Below, piece by piece: positions 37,701 to 49,020 of a stretch of 64,000 nucleotides of DNA. The translations under genes were made by a program, and so were the position numbers. The notes under the pieces were generated by a model. The model was not told the DNA's origin. It was given only the letters and a program-made list of their open reading frames with translations, and did no database searches. Each line of letters starts with the position of its first letter. Positions within the stretch are counted from its first letter, which is position 1. The stretch is from Vicugna vicugna (Eukaryota): assembly GCA_013265495.1 (NCBI GenBank), contig MU058584.1, positions 6,476,407 to 6,540,406 of the forward strand. Reading direction: 5' to 3'.

Positions 37701-39318
37701 CCCAAGCTGCCTTTAATCCATGGAAGAAGCGTGGGAGAGCCTTCCATTATAATCAGTCCTGTTATTTTATTACATTATTTAGTACGCTGTCTCTACAGGG
37801 CCAAATGTAGCCTTAATACGCTTGCTCTCTCCTCGTTTTTCCGACCCTCCTTCATCCCCACCCACCCCAAAATTGTTGGAACAGCAGGAAACGTTAAAAG
37901 AAAAAAAAAGGCAGAGGGAGAAGAGAATTTGATTGAGATAGTTGTGGATTTTTTCCAGCAAGTTTCCCCGCAGCTGTTATCAAAACATGCAAATGAGATT
38001 TTCCAACAGGATCTTAAACAAATCTGGAGGAGTTAATGCCGAAGCAAAATAATCAACTCGTTTGAAGTGACTGTGGGTTTCAGTTTGTCTTTTCTCCCCG
38101 TGATACTATTGCAGGGGAATGATAATTAGACCTTTACTTAAAAAAAAAAAAATCCGAAGGGGCTCTCTCGCTTTCTCTTCCCTCCCTTTTCTTCCCCTCC
38201 TCCCTCTCTCCCTCTCGCGCTCCCTCCCTCTCTCTTTCTCTCTTGCTCAGAAGTTGGCAAAGGGGGTTTTCTTAATCAGACTGTTTTTTGGTCCGAGGGA
38301 AAGGAGGAAGAAGGAGATTGTGATGGAGAAAGGGGTCTGTAAAACGTCAGGCACCGCACAAAGGCTTTGCCACGTAATTACAGGCTCCTATTAAGTCGAG
38401 ATCTGCCCTCCCAGGGGTCTCCAATTTTCTTGTATTCCCTACAAAGCCTCCTCTGCATGCCAGTTTGTGCCTTTTGAAGTGCCAGAGAGCTTCTTGATCC
38501 AACTGAGAAGGAAAAAGGAGCTCAGCAAGAAGAGGGGGAGAAAGCGAAGGGAACGGGGGAAACCCACCACCACCCTCCTTCGGACTCCTGAAGCCCTTTT
38601 TTTTCCTTCTTACGAAAAGTAAAGTGAGAATCCTGCTCTCCAATACATCTGCAAGACATCACCCTCTCCTCCTGAAACTTTAGTCACTCCTGAGAATCCA
38701 CAGGAGTGCGGAGAGGGGGAACACGTTTTCTTGAAGATGTTTTAAAGCTGGAACAAGCCTTCTTCTGTTGGTGCTTGAACTCTTGCCTGGGAATAACTTT
38801 TTTAACCTTAAAAAAAAACCCACTTTGATTCTTCTCTCCCACCCCGTCTTCTCTCTTCTTCTGTTTGCCTAACTCCCCCGCCCTGCTGGCCTCCCCTTTC
38901 CTCTCTCCCCCTTATTATTATTTTTAGTGTGTGCGTGTGGACTCTTTGGAGAGCTGGAAGGGATTTTTTTTTTCTCCTGACTTGAACATAGGGTGACTTT
39001 TAATTTTATTTTTTGGTGTGGATTATCTCTTTGGACGGCGCCGGACTTGGCCTCAGGAAAGCAACCGAGGCTGTCGAAGGCTGCTGGTGCAGAACGCTCT
39101 GCTACAGAAGGGGGTCCCCCGCCCTCTTTCCACTTTTTTGCTGTTGTTCTTCCCCTCCTTCCTTCTCTCTCTCTCTCTCTCTCTCCTCTCTCCTCCTCTC
39201 TCTCTCTCCACTCCCCCCTCTCTCTTCCCCACTCGGCTCCTCTCCCCCCTCGCGCCCACAGCGTTTGGTGTTGATTCGAGCGGGAAGAGGGGGGTGGGTG
39301 GGATCGGAGGGGGAGACC
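36850..39318 (+). promoter_or_regulatory. PRRX1: PRRX1 promoter, 5' leader and region corresponding to the mouse Prx1 2.4-kb limb enhancer/promoter fragment
   Basis: Repeat-free unique sequence directly upstream of the ATG, with homeodomain, E-box, TCF-like and octamer motifs. The match to the mouse enhancer is by position, not alignment. The TSS cannot be fixed from sequence. Confidence 0.65.
39120..39251. repeat. CT-rich polypyrimidine tract including (CT)~10
   Basis: Seen directly; uninterrupted (CT)n at about 39164-39185. Confidence 0.9.
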
Positions 39319-39559
39319 ATGACCTCCAGCTACGGGCACGTTCTGGAGCGGCAACCGGCGCTGGGCGGCCGCTTGGACAGCCCGGGCAACCTCGACACCC
39401 TGCAGGCGAAAAAGAACTTCTCCGTCAGTCACCTGCTAGACCTGGAGGAAGCCGGGGACATGGTGGCGGCGCAGGCGGACGAGAGCGTGGGCGAGGCGGG
39501 CCGGAGCCTGCTGGAGTCGCCGGGACTCACCAGCGGCAGCGACACCCCGCAACAGGACA
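39319..39559 (+). CDS. PRRX1: Paired related homeobox 1, coding part of exon 1 (80 codons + 1 nt, phase-1 intron)
   Basis: Translates MTSSYGHVLERQPALGGRLDSPGNLDTLQAKKNFSVSHLLDLEEAGDMVAAQADESVGEAGRSLLESPGLTSGSDTPQQD, the PRRX1 N-terminus. Start context gagaccATG; followed by donor GTGAGT; contains the eh1-like FSVSHLL at 39418-39438. Confidence 0.98.
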
Positions 39560-39565
39560 GTGAGT
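39560..39565 (+). other. PRRX1: 5' splice donor of PRRX1 intron 1
   Basis: ACA|GTGAGT at the point where protein similarity ends; G-runs follow. Confidence 0.95.
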
Positions 39566-40740
39566 GAAGGGGCGCATGCCCGCGGGGGGGTCCCCGACCG
39601 AGGGCGGGGGTCCGGGCTGGGCGGCTGGAGCCCGCCTGGGGCCAGGGGGAGAAAGTCAGGAACAGGGAGAGGTCGGTGGCAGCGGCCGGAGGAAGGGCCG
39701 ATCGCAGACGAGAGAAAAGGATGAGAAAAGGAGGACTCTGCGGAGGACGTAGCCAGGCGGACGCTGGAGGGAGGCTCCGAGGCCCTGCGGTTGGGGTCAG
39801 GGACCCTGCCCGCCGCGGACTCTCGCCCCAAAGCCGACTGTGCTGCCTCTCTGTCCCGGCCGAGCGGGGCTGCCAGATCTTCCCGCTTGCAGGGCTACAG
39901 GGCTGGGCTGGAAAAGAGTCCCAGAGCGGGGCAGACTCCGGGAGCCCGCCTGTTTGGGAAGGCGGTGGGCTAAAGATGCAGAGTCGGGTCGGAAAGGTTT
40001 CTCCCGGGTGGCGTAAGCGAGTTCGAGGGCTTATGGGGCAGAGGTGGCGGAGGGCACCGCGCACAGAGAGCGAGACCCGCGCTGCTCCGGCGGCGCACCG
40101 CGCGCAGGCTCCCGAGGCCAGGCGTGCCGGAGGGGCGGCGCTGGTGCGCCGGGCTGGAGCGCCCGAGCCGCTCTCTGTCTCAGGGTGTTGCAGCCACCTG
40201 CAAACGGGTCTGAGACGCCCGGTAGAATCAAAGGCCTGAGTGACACGAGAAGACTCTCGCGAAGCAAAGGGAGTGTCCTTTAAGGGTGAAACCCAAGCTA
40301 CCGCCCGGCATGATCCCGCACAGCAGAGATGCGCTGGGGAAGCGCGGGCTCCGAAGCCGAGCCCGGTGTCACACTGGAGGAGCTCTCCCTATTGGCCCCA
40401 AGATTTCCAGAAAAGTCCATGCACAGTCTCCCTTCTGCACCCTCCCTGATTGGTATCGTGCCCTTATGGAAATCTCGCCTCGCGTTATTAGCGGTGTCTT
40501 AAAAAAAAAAGTGACTCCAAATGTATCCATACATCCTGGAGTCTGTAACAGACCTGTCACCTGGCTCATCCCTGGTGACACAGGATTGGATATTTCCTCC
40601 TTGAGGTTGCAAGAGTCAGAATGTGGCTGGAAGTTTTAAAGTGAAGCGGATCTCTTTCTATGCCATTATTTGCTGACTGCTATTTTGTTTTGGAACTTGG
40701 AAGGTGTGGAACCAGGGGTCCCGCTGGCATTCTGTGATTT

Positions 40741-40772
40741 CAAAAACAAAAACAAAAACAAAAACAAAAACA
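40741..40772. repeat. (CAAAAA)5 simple repeat
   Basis: Seen directly. Confidence 0.95.
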
Positions 40773-41274
40773 TTTCCAAGATTAGACTCTCAGAAAACAG
40801 CGAAGCAAACTGGACTCAGAAGCAGCTGGAAACAAGGCCTGTGCAAATTGGTGGGAGCGCCGAGGGCTGCGCTGAAACAGGCCGCAAGGAGGGCCTCTCT
40901 CTCCTGCAGGCCGCCTGCCCATTGCCCTGCTTCCTTGGTCCAGGCCTGGGCTCCCCTCAGTGTTTTTAGCCAAAAGTCAACTGGTGCCAATCCACTCTAC
41001 TTCTGTAGAGGCAGAGGGCGACGGGGAGTCTGGCCTGGCCAGTCACTAGGGAAAGACTGGCCAACTCTGAGGAATGAAGACCCGATGTCCCCAAGTCCGG
41101 GGTAATGGCTAGGTACAGAGGCAGAGGCGTCCTTGTTGAAGTTATTGGTCCAAGGGCAGGGGTGGGTAGCAGCGGTTTGCTGCTCGCACAGCACAGGCCG
41201 GCAGCGTGAATTAATCTTTCGCGTAGACATTTTTAGTTACAGGAAAATGCACTGCGAAATAATATGATTATTTT

Positions 41275-41395
41275 AAAACATTTTACCAGGGAATATTTAC
41301 ACATACAAGAGCACGGAGACTAGTATTATGTATCTCCATGTACCCATCATCCAGCTTCACTAATTCTGCAAATTCTGCCGTTCTTGTTTCTCCAT
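41275..41395 (-). mobile_element. Short old LINE-1 3'-end fragment
   Basis: ggaatatttacacatacaagag...ccatgtacccatcatccagcttc resembles antisense L1MC/ME 3' ends. Confidence 0.55.
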
Positions 41396-43269
41396 GACTA
41401 ATCATTAATCATAACATTTATCACTGTTCAGAGAACTAGAGGCTGCACCCACGACAGAAAAACAGGGTCGTGAAGAAACTGCTGCATAGAGGACCAGGGT
41501 GGGGCAGGAGAGACCAGCCAGGGTTGCTTTGCCTCAAGAGCAAGAGGAGGAAATGTGAAAAGCAGGCCCGGGGTCGGTGGCCACAGCAAGCCCGGGGTCC
41601 AGGCAGCCGGGAGTTGGGCCCCACGTACTACAGGGCTGGAGGGATGCTGACATTCCTGGCGTTTGACTTTGGGCGGACACTACGAGAAGGAAGCTCGGGT
41701 TCTTGGTGGCCTCCTAGTGGGTAGAGAGCGAGGCTAGGCTGGGGAGGCTGGCTGGGAAGCACCCACAAGCTGAAACGGAGGCCAGGAGATGTGGCCTAGG
41801 GATGGTTCCTGCAAGACCCAGACCTGGTGCAGGAGAGGCCGCAATGATCACGTGGCATCTGCGGGGCATGAGGGGACACGTAAGGGCGGCGGTTGGAGTT
41901 GGGACCTGTGTCCCAAGGGAAAGGGTTGAGATCTGCGGGAACCTGCCTGTTACATACATGAACACATCTTGAAGTTTCAAGTGGTAACCTAAGGCCTAGT
42001 GTGGAGTGAACCCCAGAGGGAAACTGAGGTTCAGAGAGAGAGGATGCTTGAGTAAGAATGATAGGCAATTTTGTAAGAAGGTCGCAGAAAGCCGAGCGAG
42101 GTAATGGGGACTCTGTCATGGACGTCTGGGGCTGGGAAAGTAGCTGAGAAAACACACACACCCAAACACACCCAAAGCCAGGCCACAGGCCTTGCTTTGT
42201 AAAGACAGCCAGGGCCTATTCTAACAAGTAGTAGTTGCTTTTCAAAGCAATGTTTCCTCAACTTCCTTCCCCATCTCTGGGATGAGACTAAGAGGGCAGG
42301 GTAAGATGGGTAACAGCAAGTGTCCAAGAGGACACCTGTCCTAAGTCTTGGGCCCCCACCAGAAGTTGCCAAGAGGGCTGTCATGAGCTACGTGGAATTC
42401 AGGACCAGTGGGGTGGCGCTAGGCCTCCCTGTCTGCAGTGGACAGAATGGCTCAGGCTGTGGATTAGGGAAGAAAGGAGTCTCCAGGCAGAGGACTAGAG
42501 CTGGGCTTCGAGCTGCATGGGACAGAGGAGGGCATTGGGAGTCAGGCGCCCCTTGCAGCCTCCTGGGAGTCTACTACTCCAGAGTGAGAAACCATAACCT
42601 CCTTTGGAGAGATGGGGGACATTTAACAGACACCCTTTCCTCTTAGAGCTATACAGAAACACATCCTTCCTAAGATTTCTGTTCAGCTGAAATAAGAAAA
42701 ACAGACTCTATTTACACTGGCAATATTAATCATTCATATTGCAAATTTTTGTTACAAACTGGGTCCAGTGTAGTCGAGAGGAGCTAAGCACTGTCCAAAG
42801 TGAAGGCTTCTGGATGGTCCCCCCACTCCCCTGTTTCCCCCTTGATTTTCATCCACTCCACTTTCCTCTCTGTTGAACGATTTCTTTCTCCTTTTACTGA
42901 TACTCCCAGCCTAGTATATTTCTCAAACTTCTGGGTTCAAATACCTTAAGTGTTTAAAGAAACGGTCCTTAAACACGGTTAGGAATGCAATGGCTAATGG
43001 GGGGATGTGGAGTGTGAAGTGGGGTGGTGGCAGAACAGGGGTAGTCAGGAGAGGGAGGAGAAACAACTCATCAAAAATAGGCAGACCCACTCCTGGGAGG
43101 ATGGTGCATCCGCTGTCATTTCTTAATCTGAACTTCTGCAAACTCTTAAAAAAAAAAAAAGCCTGCCTTCCATGTTCCCAACCTCTAAATTAGTGAAACC
43201 AGATTGTCCTAATAAGACCTTTTGTTGGAAACACATGTAGTCATAAAAAGGTAGACGGAAAGTCAATTA

Positions 43270-44450
43270 GACACGCGCGCACACACGCACACACATTCAC
43301 AAGGCGGTGCTAAGTGTGGACCGGGCGCAGCTGGGCCCCGGGCCGCGGCGGGATGCAAATACAGAACAGCGTCGCGGGAAATCGATTTGTCACAAAGGGA
43401 GAGGTGTGAACGCGGCGCGAAGGACTCACCCGCCCCAGCCGCCTGCCACACTCCCCAGGGCCCATCTCCGCCGGCTTCTCTAGGCCAGAGAAACGCTCAG
43501 GAGAGCGGGGAACGTTCTCCAGGGCGCTCCCGAGTGGAACTCGCACGGGAACATCAATTCTGCTGGCGTCTCAGCATTTGCAGTCCTTATGGCACCAGAA
43601 ATTTTCTTATGCGGCACCACCCTCTGGGGCCTTGGAGCCGGTGCCGCCACTCTGAATTTGGGCCTCAATTACCACGATTCAAAGGGGAGCTAACGAAATA
43701 TACCGTTTTAAGCGTAGCCTGGAGGGTTTTTTGTTTTTTGTTTTTTGCTTTTTCTTTCTTCTTTTTAGAGGAGGCAGTGAAATCTAGGATCATGGGAGGC
43801 CACTGAGTCCTCAAGGTCGAATGTCAAGTCCAGGGAAGAGGCTGTGAATCCTGTTTATCTTAACATACAGAAGCAAGGGGTTGAATGGCTTCCTTCTCTA
43901 AATATTTTGGAGAAATTTACAGTCTGGTGACTCCCTCCCGATTAGGAGCGAAAGGCGCTTGGAGTTTTAAGCGTCCGGGAGGTAAGCCTCTAAAGTCCGA
44001 GGCCCTGACTGCCAATACTCGCTGGGCCTCCAGATCCCCCAATTCTAGAAGACAGTGAGCTACTGGCTTTACTGTTCATTTCGCCGGGACGCCCTTCCCA
44101 AGCCTCCGGAGCGCCTTTCCCGCACCTTAGGTGTCGCGCAACCCGGCATTTCTGCTCGGCGACCTTAACCTTCTCCCCGGCAAGCTCAAGTCAGAGCCTA
44201 GGGGCGTCAGGCGGGCAGCAGGAGGTCACACGGGTCCCGGCAGTTCCTTGGTCTTCCCAGGAACGTCGCTTTAGAATTTACAACATGAGTAAATAAATCA
44301 TCTCCAAACCAACAAGATGTCACCTCCCTCCCGCCCCCTGCGAAAAAAACCCCAGCAATTTCGGAGCCAAAGATATCTTCCTAGTCCACTGGCTCAGATC
44401 CGGTCAGATCCGAATTTTGAACTTCGTTTCTGGCCAGCAGCCACCTCCGG
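43270..44450. promoter_or_regulatory. Intronic CpG island
   Basis: Dense CpG, e.g. ccgggccgcggcggg, gcgtcgcggg, cgcggcgcg. Confidence 0.75.
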
Positions 44451-46199
44451 GTGCTTATTCACTTTTAAATGGCATCTATAGATTTTCAACGGTGAGGAGC
44501 CCTACACCAATTTGATTTTTATTTTAGAAGATGTGTTTCTTTTGCAGTTCCTCTCCTATATCCTGTTTACCCGCTCCCTCCTTCGTGAGGGCAACCCATC
44601 AAAGCAGACCTCTTCTTGCTCCTAGAGAACCTCTCTCCTTCTCAGGGGCCCTGGGGCCTCAGGAACAGGGAAGTTGCAGAATTGTGCGCGCCTGTACGTT
44701 CCCGGAGACTCCTGAGCACCTTTCACTCCTGGCGGTTCGAGCTTTCAATGGCTCTGAGAATATGTATTTATTTTTTACCCTTTAGAAGGTAAATGGAGTC
44801 AGCAGAAGCCATAGGAAGTACAACTTTTAGGTATCAGGGGAGTGTATATACAGAGGAGATAAGGCTTGCGTTTTGCTTGCTTTTTTTTCTCTTGCAGTAG
44901 GTAGAAGAGTTTTGGGGGGAAGAATCCTCCCGAAGAAAATACATAGGTATTCAGCATCCACCATCCAAGCCATTTCTAAATTCAACCAACAGGATCCTCG
45001 GAGTGCTGCTCCGAGCTAGAGATCCGATATTTACAGGAAATATTTGGATAAGGAGCCAAGTCTCTGTTGCCACTGGGTGTCCAAACATTTACATAACTAC
45101 CTGGGATTGCATGCTAATGTAATCCAATTGGACGCTCTTTGTCAAATTCTGCATTTTAATTCGATGCGGGGCCAGTACCACTGCCATTGTTTTGGTTTCC
45201 TTCAACGCCCTTTTCAACAATCCAAAGAAGGTGCATCTGTCAACAGCATTATTATCTATCCACAAGAATTTGGATTCTTGAAAATCAAATAGCTTGGTGA
45301 GCAGGCTAACAACACTCAATTAAAAACCAACTATCTCCAACGGTAACAATAATATCAACAAACTGCCACAACCTCCTTTTCCCTAAATGCTGTTTGTTAT
45401 TAAACCAAACAATGTGGAGATACATAGCCGAGACATCTGAGGAGGGACAATTGTCGGTGTTTCAGGCTCGAGGGGCTTGTTTTCCACGTATGTAAGCTTT
45501 TGAGTAAGGAGTCTCCACCGTGGTCTGAATATTAGTAGATTCTTGGCATCATCATTTGTCTAATTTAGTGAGGCAGTCCCAAGGAAGTAGTTCTACAGAG
45601 AATTACGGGCTATCAATTTTAGGTTTAAGACCAAAAAAAAAAATCACTACGTTTCACTTGTCCTGGAACCACTTTCCTTGATGAAAAAATATCTGGGAAG
45701 CCGATTACAGGGGCAATAGCCACTTGAGGGGATGGGAGGGGCACGAAGGCACAAATGGTGGTAGGTTAAGGAAATTTTGTGAAAGAAAATTAAAAAAACA
45801 TGTCAGAACAAATCAATCACATACACAAGCGACTTCTCAGAAGAGTCTGAGGACAATCAGAATCAAGGATTCTGCTGTACCCGCAGTTCTCAAATACAGG
45901 AATTTATATCGGTCCGAGTTATGACCAGAATGCGGTCCTGGAGCACTGGATGTCCCAGCCCCTTTGCTGTACCACGTAATGAGGGAGCTCTAATTCCCAA
46001 GGACTTTGACTTTGGGCCTTATTTTTGCCATTATTGATTTTTCCAGACTCAGCTCAAAATGAGGACTGCATTTGAAAAGGGTGTATTAATTAGAATCTCC
46101 AAGATCCGAGTTATGAGAAAGGACAAGGACAGGTCCTCTGGTTCCTATTTTGTCTGCTTTCATGGAGTTAATTTGCAAGCAACTGGAAATGTTCTTAAT

Positions 46200-46650
46200 G
46201 GCTGAGCGAGGAGCGACTATACCGAAACCCTCATACAGGAATGGCGATCGCACTGGCCTGAACTACAGGCTGTCTTTGAATCTTACCTCTTTTTTTTGAA
46301 TCTTACCTCTTTTGCGGGGGCGGGGGGGCCTGGAGGAAGGAGTAAATAGTTCGAGGGAGAATTTTTTCAGTAATTCAGTGAAGAATTTTAATTTGTAAAA
46401 CAGACCCCACAGTATCTTAGATTTTAGTGTTCTCCATCTCTGCCGCCGGGACAAAGATGCAAACAGCCTCACACCACCTCTGCCCTGGTCCTCCCAGGTC
46501 CCAGGGCGCTGGGACGCAGCTCCCGGGCGGAGTCTGGAACGTACCCACGAGTCTTGCCCGACGCGCCTCTCCTTGCCTTCTCCCGCCGAAAGGGGGCGCA
46601 TTCCCCTCCCAGGCAGGGGGCTTAATTAAGCCTGCCTTCAAAAACCTTTG
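46200..46650. promoter_or_regulatory. Small intronic CpG-rich segment
   Basis: CpG cluster with a GC box (ggggcgggg) and a TTAATTAA palindrome. Confidence 0.55.
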
Positions 46651-48499
46651 GACTTAGGCAGGAGAGGGAGACATGCAGGAAGATCCCTCTACACAAGCAG
46701 CAAAAATTGGCAAATGTCAATAGCGTGAAGTCACGCCAGGGACCACATAATGCCACATAGCTTTGTGTGAAATGAGAGTGGTCAGGATTCCAGGGTTAGT
46801 AGGAAGGGACAGGAGGAGAGTGGGACTAGATGACCCTGAGTCACTGGGCGCTAGGGCTGGTGTCTGGGTTCCATGGGGAAGGAGACAGTTTGTCCCTGTG
46901 GAGTTCGGTGTGAGACATTTATGTGTATGATCTCCAGGTATTTAAAGAAGGAAGGGCAGATTTAGAGATGGAGAGCTGGCGGTAGTAGTGAGATGCTGCA
47001 GAAGTGCTCCAGAAACCCTCATTAGTACCCGGAACCATTAGATAGGGCAAAACATTGGCCACCTTAGAGTTAGGCCCTGGGGTTAGGGTAAGCTTCTATC
47101 TCTCAAAGGAAGAACAGTAGTTGCCCCCACAGTCTTGTGTGTGCCTGAAACCTGGGACTTACAGAGACTTACAGGACAGATGAGGCTACATTGTTAATCC
47201 TCCCTCTGCCCTGTGCCTTGAAAATCTTGGGATTTTCTATTTCTCTCCTGGTCTATTTCACACCCTGACCTTAGAGGGTCAACAGGACAAGGCGATACTG
47301 GGAGCAACAAACTGACAGAACGAATATTTTGTTGTCTTAGCATTGATGGTGGTTAATACATACCTTCCAAGATCATCTGAGCTTGGGTGTTCACTTAAAA
47401 CAGGAGCATGAAGCCAGAACTGTAAGGGAAGTTGCTTTCCCACAAACGTTTGTCTGAGAGTAAGAATATTCACTCCATTCACTTACTTTTTCATCATCAG
47501 TCATGTCGTTATATTTTAAAGGACCTCACAGCGCTGGAAGTTAGTAGAGTATAAATAAGCATAAAAACAGACGGGTGCACATCCAGTACTCTGCATACAC
47601 ATGGGGAGGCCAAACCTTTTCAAAGACGATTGAGATATACAACTTAAAGGCCAAGAGGCCCACCTCAATCAAAATTTGAGCCAGGATATGCTAAGTTCAA
47701 TCAGCTTGACTATGGGCAAAGTGAAAGGCCGAGCCAGCACTTTGGATATATACAGAGAACCAGGTTTTTCTCAAGTTTCTGTTGTATTTATCCACACACA
47801 TTCATGCTAGTCTACAGAGGGCTTGGTAGAATTGGCTCAGGCCTGATGGGTGGTGGGGATTCAGGGTCTCGGCCTGACCTCGTCTGCCATACTTTTCCTT
47901 CTTTGCATTCATTCCCTGTGCCCCTGTGTCCAAGACCTGGGAGCTGCAGGGAAAACTGGTGCCTGGAGGCCACAGAAGCCTCCTAAATGCTGTTCTAGAA
48001 TCCTCAGAAGAGGGAGTGCTGTTGAGCAAAATGATATGTAATGTACTAGGTATTTTCATGTATTCGTCCTCTGTGATAATTCATTTTATAATAGCCCAGT
48101 TAGAGGCTTCTTAGGGATTGAGTTTTGGGGAACTGGTTACTATTCTGTTTCTCTTTCAAGTAATCATAAACAGATGACGTTGAAAGTTTCAATGGAAGTA
48201 GGCATTGAATCTAAATCTTTATACCTGGGCACTGACATTCATCACCATTAATCCAGACTGGGAGGGGACACTAAATAATTATATACATTGTCACTTTTCT
48301 TTCCATTTTCTACCAGTGCTACTTCCCTCAGTACTTGTCTGGGTGACAGCAGGCATGTACCACTGGCACAGCTGCCAAACCATTGCCTGTGCTCAGTAAG
48401 TGCTTAATGAGTGATAGAATGAGCTCCCCGATTTTTGTGGATCCCCTTTCCAACCTAGTGCCAGTAGTAGGCCCCCTCACCTCCCCTTCTCACTTTCAA

Positions 48500-49020
48500 C
48501 CCTTTGCCTTGGAGAGATCCTCTAGGCTCACCATTTTAGAGCCATCTCTATACTGATTCTCAGGATGTAGCTTCAAGGCTCCCACTTGGAGCTGCAGGTT
48601 CATTTATGTAGCTACCTACTCGACACTTCTATTCGAACATCACAAAAGTGCCTCAACCTCAAAACCAGTCAAAACATAGCTTTAATGAGTTCCTTCTCCT
48701 CCATATGTCTCTTTTAGCTTTCTCTGTTTTCCCATATCACAACATGTGGGTGCAAAACTCAGAAATTTCAGACGCATCCTTGACTCTTTCCTTTATGCCT
48801 CTGTTCAATTCATCTCCAAATCCCAACAAGTTGACCTTCTAAAATCACTTGAATTCATCTTCTTTATAAATCTCTATGGTATCTCACCTGCACTGCGAAG
48901 CCAGCCTCCTAACTAATTGGGTCTAATTGCATCCATGCTTGTCCTCCTCTCTGCGGAGGTGATGGCAGAGTGGATATAATACAGCTTCAAGGAATATTTG
49001 CCAAATGAATGAGTAAATGC
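48500..49020 (+). mobile_element. LINE-2 fragments
   Basis: ttcatttatgtagctacctactcgacacttct...cctcaacctcaa; ends aatatttgccaaatgaatgagtaaatg. Confidence 0.6.

Larger units (their letters stand above)
39250..40500. promoter_or_regulatory. CpG island over exon 1 and the start of intron 1
   Basis: Very high GC and CpG density seen directly. Confidence 0.9.

Noticed and set aside
39013..39318. 102-codon in-frame 5' extension of the PRRX1 ORF starting at a TTG
   Set aside because: Non-AUG start running through a CT microsatellite, which is stop-poor and frame-unstable. The known protein begins MTSSYG at 39319.
34622..46657. Many 100-210 aa ORFs on both strands in the GC-rich zone (e.g. 35388-35936, 38869-39432, 39429-40064, 39676-40239)
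   Set aside because: Overlapping, low-complexity Gly/Arg/Pro/Ala-rich translations are expected from stop-codon scarcity in CpG islands; no recognisable domains.
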